Positions 40,964 to 49,642 of a DNA stretch of 64,000 nt are shown here, in pieces. Source of the DNA: Armatimonadota bacterium (GTDB lineage: Bacteria; Armatimonadota; HRBIN16); contig OY781964.1 of assembly GCA_963677485.1 (NCBI GenBank), positions 4,576,001 through 4,640,000 on the forward strand. The letters are read 5' to 3'. Every line of letters begins with the position of its first letter. Positions within the stretch are counted from its first letter, which is position 1. The notes under the pieces were generated by a model, which saw only the letters and a program-made list of their open reading frames with translations, ran no database searches and had not been told where the DNA came from. The position numbers and the translations under genes are program-made.

Positions 40964-42457
40964 GTGAGGAATGAGTTATTATCTCAGACGATAGCTGTGA
41001 AGTATGCACAGTTCTGCAAGGCCAAGCAACGGACTATCAAAGGCCTAAACATATCTGTGACTGCAGGTCCGATATACCATCCGGCCTATCTGGAGCGAGC
41101 AGCAAAGCGCACCAACACCTATCGTCTGGATGATTTACTGCGCGGCTGCCTGTATGCACCGGCGCATGTAGCCAACGGCTATCGGGTCATTTTGAAGGAG
41201 CACTACCGACAAATCAGGCCCAAACCGAACTATCAGCAGCTTTCAGCGATGGCATACGGGATATTGTGGAGCGGTATCGCTTACGAACTGTGCCGATTTT
41301 CGGGCTATACACCTCCTTTACCGGTAGATTGGCGTGACTTTCAACGTGCAGATATGGATGATGGCGTTTATGATATCGCCGTAATCCGTCCGTTTGATAT
41401 CTGGACGTTGTGGGGCCATTTTAGAGAGTTCCGGTTGTTGAAAAATGATGCGTTCACGCAAGCGGAACAGCACGCTATTCGGCGATTTGCAGTCGTGCCA
41501 CTGCTATCTCAAGTTAATTCTTTGTCCGTGCCTTATCTAGACGAGGTCATGAGTGGTTTGTCAGCAAACACTACCACCCACAGACCGCGAGTGCCATTGA
41601 TGACATGCTCACTAACACAAACGAAACGACCTCATCACAAAGCCGCTAGAGGCATGGTACGGGCTCACAAAACTAAAGCACCAATACTGAATGCTGATCT
41701 CGTCAATACGGTGACTGAAAAGTATGCGCAGTTCCAAAAAGCCAAGAACAAGACGCTTAAGCAAATGGGTGTTCATGTGCCACCTGGACAGATACTGCAT
41801 CCGGCATACCTTAAGCGTGAAGCGGAGCGGACGGACTACTATCAGTTGAACGCGATGTTGAGAGGCTGCATGTTGGCACCGCTTGATGTTGCCAGCGGGT
41901 ACTGGGAAATACTGGACCTGTATTACAGCAAGATCAAACCAGAGCCTACCTGCAAGCAACTAATGGCGATGTTTTATGGAGTGATGTGGAGCGGTTTTGC
42001 TGCCGAGTTGCTGGAATACTCAGGGATCCACCCATCAATGCCTTTCAGATGGCAAGACTACCAACGTCAAGACATAAGTTTTAACGAGTTTGATGCAAAC
42101 TACGAGATAGAGCCGTGGTCGCTGTTCATTGACATCCAACGGATCATCATGTGCCGGATTGATACACTCACGCCGATGCAGCAAAGGCTCTACCAGAGGG
42201 TGTTGCTGGATTTGGTTTTATTTCAAGTGGTAGAGCTGGACATACCGATTCTTGCTCAATATGTTTCTGTGCTACTGGAACACATGGATTTGTTCGATAA
42301 TCTGATCACGTCCATAGATATCGAGCACATGCCTGCGAAGTGGTATAAATCAGAACTACATCTATCGGTAGTGGAGCAGACGAGAGCCATCCTGGCCAAA
42401 TATGAGCAGTATGCCCAAGCCGAAGAGCATTCGGGGGCTGGCCCAGCCCCTGTATAA
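40964..42457 (+). CDS. Hypothetical protein with an internal tandem domain duplication
   Basis: KYAQF.KAK..T.K, HPAYL.R.A.RT, LRGC..AP..VA.GY and YG..WSG.A.EL each occur twice. Confidence 0.75.
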   Translation: MRNELLSQTIAVKYAQFCKAKQRTIKGLNISVTAGPIYHPAYLERAAKRTNTYRLDDLLRGCLYAPAHVANGYRVILKEHYRQIRPKPNYQQLSAMAYGILWSGIAYELCRFSGYTPPLPVDWRDFQRADMDDGVYDIAVIRPFDIWTLWGHFREFRLLKNDAFTQAEQHAIRRFAVVPLLSQVNSLSVPYLDEVMSGLSANTTTHRPRVPLMTCSLTQTKRPHHKAARGMVRAHKTKAPILNADLVNTVTEKYAQFQKAKNKTLKQMGVHVPPGQILHPAYLKREAERTDYYQLNAMLRGCMLAPLDVASGYWEILDLYYSKIKPEPTCKQLMAMFYGVMWSGFAAELLEYSGIHPSMPFRWQDYQRQDISFNEFDANYEIEPWSLFIDIQRIIMCRIDTLTPMQQRLYQRVLLDLVLFQVVELDIPILAQYVSVLLEHMDLFDNLITSIDIEHMPAKWYKSELHLSVVEQTRAILAKYEQYAQAEEHSGAGPAPV

Positions 42458-42465
42458 ACCGAACG

Positions 42466-43806
42466 CTACCTCGGCTTCACGAAGCCGACGCTCTTGAGCT
42501 TCAGCCAGCGGCCAGGGACATCCTTCGGTTCGGGCATGATGGCCAGACGGGTGATCAAGCCCTTATACTCCGCATTCGCGCCGAGGTGGACTTCATACAC
42601 GTGATACTTACCGTCGTCGATCACGGGGATGCTGACGGTGGTCTGGGCACTAAAGGGTTGACCATCTCTGCGCTGCCACATCACACTCGCGCTTTTCTGC
42701 CCGGGTGAGAACGCGGCTTTGATGTAAAGCACAGGGTTCTTCGCGGCTACCCAACACCACAACTGACCGTTTATGGTTGCACTCGCTTTGCTGATGTCGA
42801 TGTTCAGCTCACCCTTGATGGGCCAGCCGGCATCTGTGGCGTTTCGATAGGCCCAATAGTGGCGGTCGTTCTTGAACACCCAGTTGGGATGTTCGGCAGG
42901 CTTGCGTTGTTTATAGATATAGCCACGTATCTCGTCCACGGTGCCCAGTATGAGGGTGTACTGGAAGCTCGTGTCGATATTCCAGTCGATCACCTGATCC
43001 TGCTGCGGAGCGATATAGCCGGTCGGGCCATCTTTTGGGCCGCCTGAGCCAGGCACTCCGGCAAATCCCGCGGAGAAGTTATAACATGTAGGCTCATACA
43101 TCCCAAGACCCCAGCCATCTTTATCTACCAGGGCCGCCCAGTTCTCAGTAGCGTGCCAGTGTTTCGGCCACCAGATCACGGGGTTCTCGGTCACCTTGTC
43201 GCCAGTGAATGGCTTGTCGCCGTCGTAGGTAAACACACGGTACCAGGGGCCGTTGGTGTAGATGGCGGGCAGCTCCTGGAAGCGGGCTTCATACTGCTTC
43301 TTGTCCGGGCGGTTGTTCAGCATCCGGCTTTTAATCTGCGCGGTGTTTCCTTTGAGTGTGATCCAGCACTCGTAGATACACTCACCGGGCACATTGTCCA
43401 AAGGCCAGGGCATGGGGATGCACTTCACATACAGGCTGTTGCCAGATTTCTTGTGATCCAGCACCTTGGAGCCATGGCCGAAGCAGTCGCCAGCTTGGAT
43501 TGGGTTCCAGCCAATGGTGACCCATGCTTCCTGCGCCTTCTTGCCGTTAGGTTCAAACGGCACAGGACCAGCATAATGCGACATTTGAATTTGGCGTCCA
43601 AAGTCGAAGCTGTTGACCATGTTAAGCTCGGATCCAGATTTAGATAGGTAGGTGATCGCCCCGCCAAGGTCCAGGTTGATGCCCAGTTTGATCTTGCCGT
43701 TGTCGATGTAGCTCATGTTTTCTGCCATGACTGCACCCCCTGTGATATTAAGTATACAAAGTATAGCAGCCGCTATTAGGAAACGCTTATGCCAGGTGTC
43801 TGTCAT
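42466..43806 (-). CDS. Uncharacterised secreted protein, paralogue 4 of 4 (SPase I signal)
   Basis: Shared motifs GRQIQMSHY, GWNPIQ.GD, QELPA.YTNGPW, TENW; signal ending AVMA. Confidence 0.85.
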   Translation of the reverse strand: MTDTWHKRFLIAAAILCILNITGGAVMAENMSYIDNGKIKLGINLDLGGAITYLSKSGSELNMVNSFDFGRQIQMSHYAGPVPFEPNGKKAQEAWVTIGWNPIQAGDCFGHGSKVLDHKKSGNSLYVKCIPMPWPLDNVPGECIYECWITLKGNTAQIKSRMLNNRPDKKQYEARFQELPAIYTNGPWYRVFTYDGDKPFTGDKVTENPVIWWPKHWHATENWAALVDKDGWGLGMYEPTCYNFSAGFAGVPGSGGPKDGPTGYIAPQQDQVIDWNIDTSFQYTLILGTVDEIRGYIYKQRKPAEHPNWVFKNDRHYWAYRNATDAGWPIKGELNIDISKASATINGQLWCWVAAKNPVLYIKAAFSPGQKSASVMWQRRDGQPFSAQTTVSIPVIDDGKYHVYEVHLGANAEYKGLITRLAIMPEPKDVPGRWLKLKSVGFVKPR

Positions 43807-45083
43807 TTTACAGCCAGCTTCTTGAACCCGACGCTCTTGAGCTTCAGCCAGCGTCCTGCAACACCTTTGGGATCGGGTACCAGCGCCAGTCTGGTGATCA
43901 GACCTTTATACTCGGCATTGGCTGCTAGCTTCACAGCATACACGTGATAGTTACCATCTGCGATGACAGGGAAGCTGACGCTGGTCTGTGGGCTGAACGC
44001 TTGACCATCTTTACGCTGCCATGTCACGTTGGCTGTTTTCTGACCGGAGGAGAACGCAGCTTTGATGTAGAGCACCGGGTTCCTGGCGGCTTCCCAGAGC
44101 CAGATTGGACTGTATATGATGCCATTGTCCTTGCTGATGTCGATGTTCAACTCATCCTTGATAGGCCAGCCTGTGTCGACGGCATTCTGGTATGTCCAGT
44201 AGTGCCTATCGTTTTTGAACACCCAGTTGGGGTGCTCAGAAGGACGTGGCTGTTTGTAGACATGGTCGCGGATCTCTTTCAACGAACCAAGTATAAGCAC
44301 ATAGTTGAAACTGGTGTCGATGTTGTGGTCAAGTATCTCATCCGCCTGCGGTGAGAGGTAGCCGGTGGGGTCATCTTTGGGACCGCCTTTGTAAGTCGTA
44401 CCAACGAAACAACCGGCAATCGTATATATACCGGGCTCGTATATCCCGAGTCCCCAGTCATTGTCATCGACAATTGCCGCCCAGTTTTCAGAGGACAGTC
44501 CGATTGTGGGAGGGAAGGTGGACGGATACTGAGTGAGTTTATCTTTACTGTATGGCTTGTCGCCTGTGTATGTAAAGACACGGTACCATGGGCCGTTAGT
44601 GTAAACAGCGGGTAATTCCTGACCACGGCCTTCATACTGGATCTTATCCGACCGATGGTTGACGATGCGGCTTTTGACCTTTACCGTGATGCCTTCCAAG
44701 CTGATCCAACACTCATAGCTGCATTCGCCCGGTACACCGTTAAGTGCCCATTGCATAGGGATGCATTTCACATACAAGCTGTTTCTAGATTTTCGGTGCG
44801 CAACCACCTTAGAACCATGGCCGTTACAATCGCCTGACTGGATGGGGTTCCAACCGGCTGTAATCCAATGAGGATTGGCTTTTTGGCCGTCTGCTTCAAA
44901 CGGCACAGGCCCGCCATAGAACGACAGTTGAATCTGACGCCCCCAATCGTGGCTGTTGATCACATTCAGATCGGAGCCGGACTTAGATAGGTAGGTGATG
45001 GCACCACCGATGTCCAGGTTGATACCCAACTTGATCTGGCCGTTGTCGATGTAACTCATGTTCATTGATGGTACAGACGCCAC
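43803..45083 (-). CDS. Uncharacterised protein, paralogue 3 of 4 (no signal peptide; start GTG 45083)
   Basis: Same motifs; the upstream extension in the ORF track crosses a terminator hairpin; GGGGG RBS. Confidence 0.8.
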   Translation of the reverse strand: MASVPSMNMSYIDNGQIKLGINLDIGGAITYLSKSGSDLNVINSHDWGRQIQLSFYGGPVPFEADGQKANPHWITAGWNPIQSGDCNGHGSKVVAHRKSRNSLYVKCIPMQWALNGVPGECSYECWISLEGITVKVKSRIVNHRSDKIQYEGRGQELPAVYTNGPWYRVFTYTGDKPYSKDKLTQYPSTFPPTIGLSSENWAAIVDDNDWGLGIYEPGIYTIAGCFVGTTYKGGPKDDPTGYLSPQADEILDHNIDTSFNYVLILGSLKEIRDHVYKQPRPSEHPNWVFKNDRHYWTYQNAVDTGWPIKDELNIDISKDNGIIYSPIWLWEAARNPVLYIKAAFSSGQKTANVTWQRKDGQAFSPQTSVSFPVIADGNYHVYAVKLAANAEYKGLITRLALVPDPKGVAGRWLKLKSVGFKKLAVK

Positions 45084-45100
45084 TTTGATACCCCCAAGTT

Positions 45101-45127
45101 GAAAAGAAGGGGAGCGAAACGCTCCCC
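45101..45127 (-). terminator. Intrinsic terminator inside the paralogue array
   Basis: GGGGAGCG-ttt-CGCTCCCC-TTCTTTTC on the minus strand. Confidence 0.75.
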
Positions 45128-45137
45128 ATCGCAATCG

Positions 45138-46511
45138 CTATTCGCCAGATGGTCTCTTGAATCCAATGGATTTGATCTGAACCCTCTGCCCATCGGCACC
45201 AACAGGGCTGATGATGCGCAGGCGCGAAATGACGCCGCTCCAGTTGGGCTTGCCCTTCAGCTCGATGGCATACACTCGGTATTCGCCGTCGCCAGTCACG
45301 GGGAAGGTGGTGGTATACATCTCGCACGGGTCAGCCTGCCCCATATCGATGATTTCACTCCACCGCTGCTTCTCCCAAACCAGTGTCATTTGCTTTTGCT
45401 CTGTCTTGAAGGCCGCCTTTATGTAAAGCACGGGGTTCTTGTCCGCCTGGATGAATATCTTCGGTCCATTAATACTCGCGTCACTTTTGCTGAGATCGAC
45501 GTCGAGTTCGCCTTTGATAGGCCAGCCAGTGTCAATGGCGTTGCCATAGGTCCAGTAATACCGGTCTTTGTCGAAGACCCATTGCGGCTGGGTTGCCGGG
45601 CGGGGCTGTTTGTAGACATAGTCACGGATTTCCTTCACCGTGCCCAGAATCAAAACATATTGGTAGGCGGTGTCGATGTTATGGTCAAGGATTTGGTCCA
45701 TCTCTGGCGCAATATATCCTGTAGGACCGTCTTTTGGCCCGCCCTTGCCTGGCTTCCCTGCAAAACCGCCTGCGATGGTGTAGACGCCGGGCTCGTAGAT
45801 ACCCAGCCCCCAGCCCTCATTGTTGACCAGTGCTGACCAGTTCTCCGTCGGAGTGACGATCTTCCACAGAAACGCGGCGGGGGTCTGTGTGAGTTCGCCA
45901 CCTGTATACGGCTTATCACCGATGTATGTCATCAGCCGCCACCATGGGCCGTTGGTATAGACAGCAGGCAGTTCCTGGCCCCTGGCGGGGTAGAAGTTCG
46001 TGTCCGGCCGGTTATTAACCATACGGCTTTTGACTTGCACCGTGTTGTCCTTAAGAGTGATCCAGCACTCGAAAGTGCATTCACCCGGCACATTGGTCAA
46101 CGGCCAGTGCATGGGGATGCATTTCACATAGATGCTCTTGCCGTCGTTCTTGTATGCCAGCACTTTTGACTTGTTCCCAGCCACATCACCGGACTGGATG
46201 GGGTTCCAGCCGATGCCTGTCCAGGTTGGGTCGGCCTTCTTACCATCTGGCTCGAATGGCACTGGGTAGGAGTAGTGCGACATCTGTATTTGGCGCCCGA
46301 GGTCGGCACTGTTGACCAGGTTCAGGCTGGAGCCGGCTTTTGAGATATAAGTGATCGATCCACCCATATCCAGGTCGATGCCCAGCTTGATTTTGCTATT
46401 CTGAATGAAGCTCATATCCGGCTTAGTATTACTCACGCTGCTGCACCCCACTAATAGAACCATAATAGTCGAAGCGGTCAAGCTCCGAAGAATCGATGGT
46501 ACGAAAACCAC
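45138..46511 (-). CDS. Uncharacterised lipoprotein, paralogue 2 of 4
   Basis: Lipobox LVGC; same conserved motifs; AGGAG RBS. Confidence 0.85.
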   Translation of the reverse strand: MVFVPSILRSLTASTIMVLLVGCSSVSNTKPDMSFIQNSKIKLGIDLDMGGSITYISKAGSSLNLVNSADLGRQIQMSHYSYPVPFEPDGKKADPTWTGIGWNPIQSGDVAGNKSKVLAYKNDGKSIYVKCIPMHWPLTNVPGECTFECWITLKDNTVQVKSRMVNNRPDTNFYPARGQELPAVYTNGPWWRLMTYIGDKPYTGGELTQTPAAFLWKIVTPTENWSALVNNEGWGLGIYEPGVYTIAGGFAGKPGKGGPKDGPTGYIAPEMDQILDHNIDTAYQYVLILGTVKEIRDYVYKQPRPATQPQWVFDKDRYYWTYGNAIDTGWPIKGELDVDLSKSDASINGPKIFIQADKNPVLYIKAAFKTEQKQMTLVWEKQRWSEIIDMGQADPCEMYTTTFPVTGDGEYRVYAIELKGKPNWSGVISRLRIISPVGADGQRVQIKSIGFKRPSGE

Positions 46512-46529
46512 AGTCAGACTCCTTGTAAG

Positions 46530-47882
46530 TTATTTACCAGTTGGTTTGGCGTAGCCAATAGACTTGATGATGGCTCTGTTACCTGCGACGCCTTTTCGAG
46601 ATGGCACCAGTTGCAGCCGTGTGATCATGCCGCTATACTCTGGTGACTTCGAGAGATCAATGGAATAGATGCGCGATACTCCATCGCCTGTGATAGACAT
46701 CGGCAGACTTTTGGTGTCGTTGAAACCCGGCGCGTCTTTGCGTTCCCATTGGATGGTCGCTGAGGTTTCATCTGTGGTAAAGGCGGCTTTGACATATAGA
46801 ATTGGGTTCTTTACCGCGCTCCACAACCCTTCAGGGCTGATCAACTGTGGGTTGTCGTTACTAAGGTCGATATTCAGCTCGCCCTTGATTGGCCAGCCTT
46901 TGTCAATGGCGTTACGATAAATCCAATGCTGCCTGTTGTTTTTAAAAACCCAATTGGGCGTGACATCCGGCTGTTTTTGCTTATACACATAGTCGCGGAT
47001 CTCCTGTAGTGAGCCAAGAATCAACACATAGGAGTATGAGTAGTCGATATTGTGGTCAATGATCTCTCGATGCAAAGGGGCGATGTAGCCGGTGGGACCA
47101 TCTTTAGGCCCGCCTTTGCCTGGTTTCCCAGCAAATCCACCGATGGTGCGGTATACACCTGGCTGCCAGATGCCAAGGCCCCAGTCATTATCGTTCACCA
47201 AAGCAGACCAGTTTTCGGTGCTGATCCAGCCCTTCCATGGCATGACTGGTGGGATATGAGTGAGCTTGTCATTGGTGAATGGCTTATCGCCATCATAGGT
47301 CATCAGCTTCCACCATGGGCCATTGGTGTAAATGGCGGGCAGCTCCTGGTCGCGGCCGTCATACTGATTTGTATCTATTCGGTGGTTCACCATACGGCTC
47401 TTCACCAGCACGGTGTTGTCTTTTAGCGTAATCCAGCACTCAAAGGTGCATTCACCGGGCACGTTGTCTAGCGGCCACTGCATAGGTATGCACTTCACAT
47501 ACAGACTCGTTTTGTCGTTCTTGTGGGCAAGCACTGTAGAGCGGTGCTGATAACAGTCCCCAGACTGGATGGGATTCCAGCCAAGGCCTCTCCAGGCATC
47601 GTTTGCTTTGTGCCCATCTGGCTCAAATGGATTGGGGCCAGAATAGTGCGACATCTGTATCTGCCGACCCCAGTCGGCTGAGTTCACCAGGTTTACATTG
47701 GTGCCGGATTTCGATATGTAGGTGATAGAGCCTCCCAGATCGAGGTTTATGCCGACCTTGATTTTCCCATTATCGATGAAACTGATGTTATCTGGCTTCT
47801 GTTGTGCGGTGCCTTTGCAACCGCATATCCCAACTGTCAAAAGGCCGATTAGCATCATGGTAGCTACAGGCTGGATGGTCAA
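46530..47882 (-). CDS. Uncharacterised probable lipoprotein, paralogue 1 of 4
   Basis: Lipobox-like ICGC; same motifs; AAGGAG RBS before TTG. Confidence 0.85.
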   Translation of the reverse strand: MTIQPVATMMLIGLLTVGICGCKGTAQQKPDNISFIDNGKIKVGINLDLGGSITYISKSGTNVNLVNSADWGRQIQMSHYSGPNPFEPDGHKANDAWRGLGWNPIQSGDCYQHRSTVLAHKNDKTSLYVKCIPMQWPLDNVPGECTFECWITLKDNTVLVKSRMVNHRIDTNQYDGRDQELPAIYTNGPWWKLMTYDGDKPFTNDKLTHIPPVMPWKGWISTENWSALVNDNDWGLGIWQPGVYRTIGGFAGKPGKGGPKDGPTGYIAPLHREIIDHNIDYSYSYVLILGSLQEIRDYVYKQKQPDVTPNWVFKNNRQHWIYRNAIDKGWPIKGELNIDLSNDNPQLISPEGLWSAVKNPILYVKAAFTTDETSATIQWERKDAPGFNDTKSLPMSITGDGVSRIYSIDLSKSPEYSGMITRLQLVPSRKGVAGNRAIIKSIGYAKPTGK

Positions 47883-47948
47883 CTTAATTCTCCTTGTCGT
47901 CCTACTAATGGGTGGTTATTTGCCCATTTAAGGACACGGTGACGTAGA

Positions 47949-47976
47949 TTTCGCCATTTCATGTGATGATACCTTT
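47949..47976 (-). promoter_or_regulatory. SigH-like promoter motif upstream of the paralogue array
   Basis: AAAGGTATC...GGCGAAA (AGGT-N18-GAAA). Confidence 0.4.
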
Positions 47977-48042
47977 AGTCTTACTGCAATAACAGGGTAG
48001 AATCAGCTATAAGTCATACTTTTTCATACGGAGGATTACGAA

Positions 48043-48459
48043 ATGCCTGGTGTATCTTTATCTCATAGGGCACCTGCGCCTGAGGAGTTGATACGGTTAC
48101 GTGAGGCTGTAGGATGGGCCGTTCCAGACCTTGCCGAAGCCAAACGTGCCATGGACATGACATTGTTCGGTGTCACCTTAAGGCTAGACGGTCGATGCAT
48201 TGGAACTGGTCGTGTAGTTGGTGATGGTTCACTGGCCTTTTTTATACAGGATGTCATTATATTGCCTGCGCAGCAGGGACACGGCTATGGAACACTCATC
48301 ATGGATGGATTGATGGAATACATCCAGCGCCACGCACGCCATGGTGCGTTTGTGGGGCTTTTCTCAGCCAAGGGCATGGAAAAATGGTATGAAAAATACG
48401 GGTTTGTTTCTCGGCCAACTGAGGAACTTGGCTGCGGGATGATGTTCCAACGCTCGTAA
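48043..48459 (+). CDS. GNAT family N-acetyltransferase
   Basis: GRVVGDG, IQDVIILP..QGHGYG, YEKYGF. Confidence 0.93.
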   Translation: MPGVSLSHRAPAPEELIRLREAVGWAVPDLAEAKRAMDMTLFGVTLRLDGRCIGTGRVVGDGSLAFFIQDVIILPAQQGHGYGTLIMDGLMEYIQRHARHGAFVGLFSAKGMEKWYEKYGFVSRPTEELGCGMMFQRS

Positions 48460-48623
48460 CTTACTGGACATGACCGTGGGGCCCATAGATTTTTATGGCA
48501 TGTCATCAGGATGTTACACGGTATGTCGGGTGTATAATGTCATAAATGGTATTAGGTTACCATCAGCAATATGATAGGGGTGGCGTATATGCCACCCTTT
48601 TGTTCGGAGGGACAGTAGAATTT

Positions 48624-49481
48624 ATGGGATCACATAATCGTGCAGATGGACTTCTCCACATCGTCTTCATCAATGTCAACAGGGATACGATTGGGGACAG
48701 CACCCTTGTCATCTACCCAGATGGATATGCGATGCTGGTGGACGCCGGTGTGCCAGGCGAAGGGTTACGCACCGTACTCCCGGTTCTACAAAAGAATGGT
48801 GTGAAGTCTGTCGACCGGTTTGTCATCAGCCACATGCATAACGACCACTTCGGCGGGCTCATGGAATTGTTGAAGTCACCTGAGATCAGCTTTGGTGAGG
48901 TATGGTGGTCGCCGGTACCGCTGGCACTGTACAAAAAATACGAAAGCCAGTATGCCAAGGAGCTAGAGGATTTTGAGCCGGAATTTTCGGCATTCATGAA
49001 GACATCTCCTATCAAACTGATCCGGCCAGCAGTTGGTCAGGCTGAAGTGCGGGCCGATGTGTTGATGCGTGTTCTGGACATCGCTCAGCCTACCGTACCT
49101 TTACCCAACTACATCAACAACAACAATATTGTTCTGCATTTACAGCATCGCAGCATCAGTGTGATGCTGACTGGTGATTTGGGCTTTGAAGAGGAGACCC
49201 GCGTACTGCGCCGATGGCCTAGCGTAAGGTCAACTATCTTGAAGCTGGCCCATCACGCTGGAGCCAACGCCAATGGTCCTAAATGGATGCGGCAAGTCAC
49301 ACCGGAAGTCGCCATCGCACCCATGCCAGCCTGGCTTTCGCCTGACCCTCGCGGAATGAGCTGTGCAGAGCGGATACGGCCATATATCGGCCGGTTCCTG
49401 CGAACATGGGAGTCTGGGCACATCGAAGTGATCAGCGATGGCCGATCATATCACGTCGTCACAGAGAAGAATAAAGCCTAG
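48624..49481 (+). CDS. ComEC/Rec2-like metallo-beta-lactamase fold hydrolase
   Basis: GDSTLV, SHMHNDHFGG, LTGD, LKLAHH; GGAGG upstream of ATG 48624. Confidence 0.88.
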   Translation: MGSHNRADGLLHIVFINVNRDTIGDSTLVIYPDGYAMLVDAGVPGEGLRTVLPVLQKNGVKSVDRFVISHMHNDHFGGLMELLKSPEISFGEVWWSPVPLALYKKYESQYAKELEDFEPEFSAFMKTSPIKLIRPAVGQAEVRADVLMRVLDIAQPTVPLPNYINNNNIVLHLQHRSISVMLTGDLGFEEETRVLRRWPSVRSTILKLAHHAGANANGPKWMRQVTPEVAIAPMPAWLSPDPRGMSCAERIRPYIGRFLRTWESGHIEVISDGRSYHVVTEKNKA

Positions 49482-49514
49482 AACCAAGAATCGCACCGTA
49501 GTTAAGAATCCTCA

Positions 49515-49542
49515 GAAGGGTTTTTGCATGTCCCTCTCGAAA
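49515..49542 (+). promoter_or_regulatory. SigH-like promoter motif upstream of ABC operon 1
   Basis: GAAGGGTTT...CTCGAAA (AGGG-N18-GAAA). Confidence 0.4.
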
Positions 49543-49642
49543 TGGTGATATATGCATGGTTCTGCGCATGTCTCTATATAAGCAGCTCGCAGAAGCATCT
49601 TGTCATTCTGGACGATTCTAGTTACCGCTCAAGGAGGAACCT

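Noticed and set aside
42466-47882. Paralogue array as an assembly artefact or recombinational cassette shuffling
   Set aside because: The copies are clearly diverged in sequence and N-termini, all ORFs are intact, and there is no recombinase or invertible repeat nearby
48624-49481. ComEC DNA-uptake channel or antibiotic beta-lactamase
   Set aside because: Only the soluble MBL domain is present, with no membrane competence domain and no signal peptide
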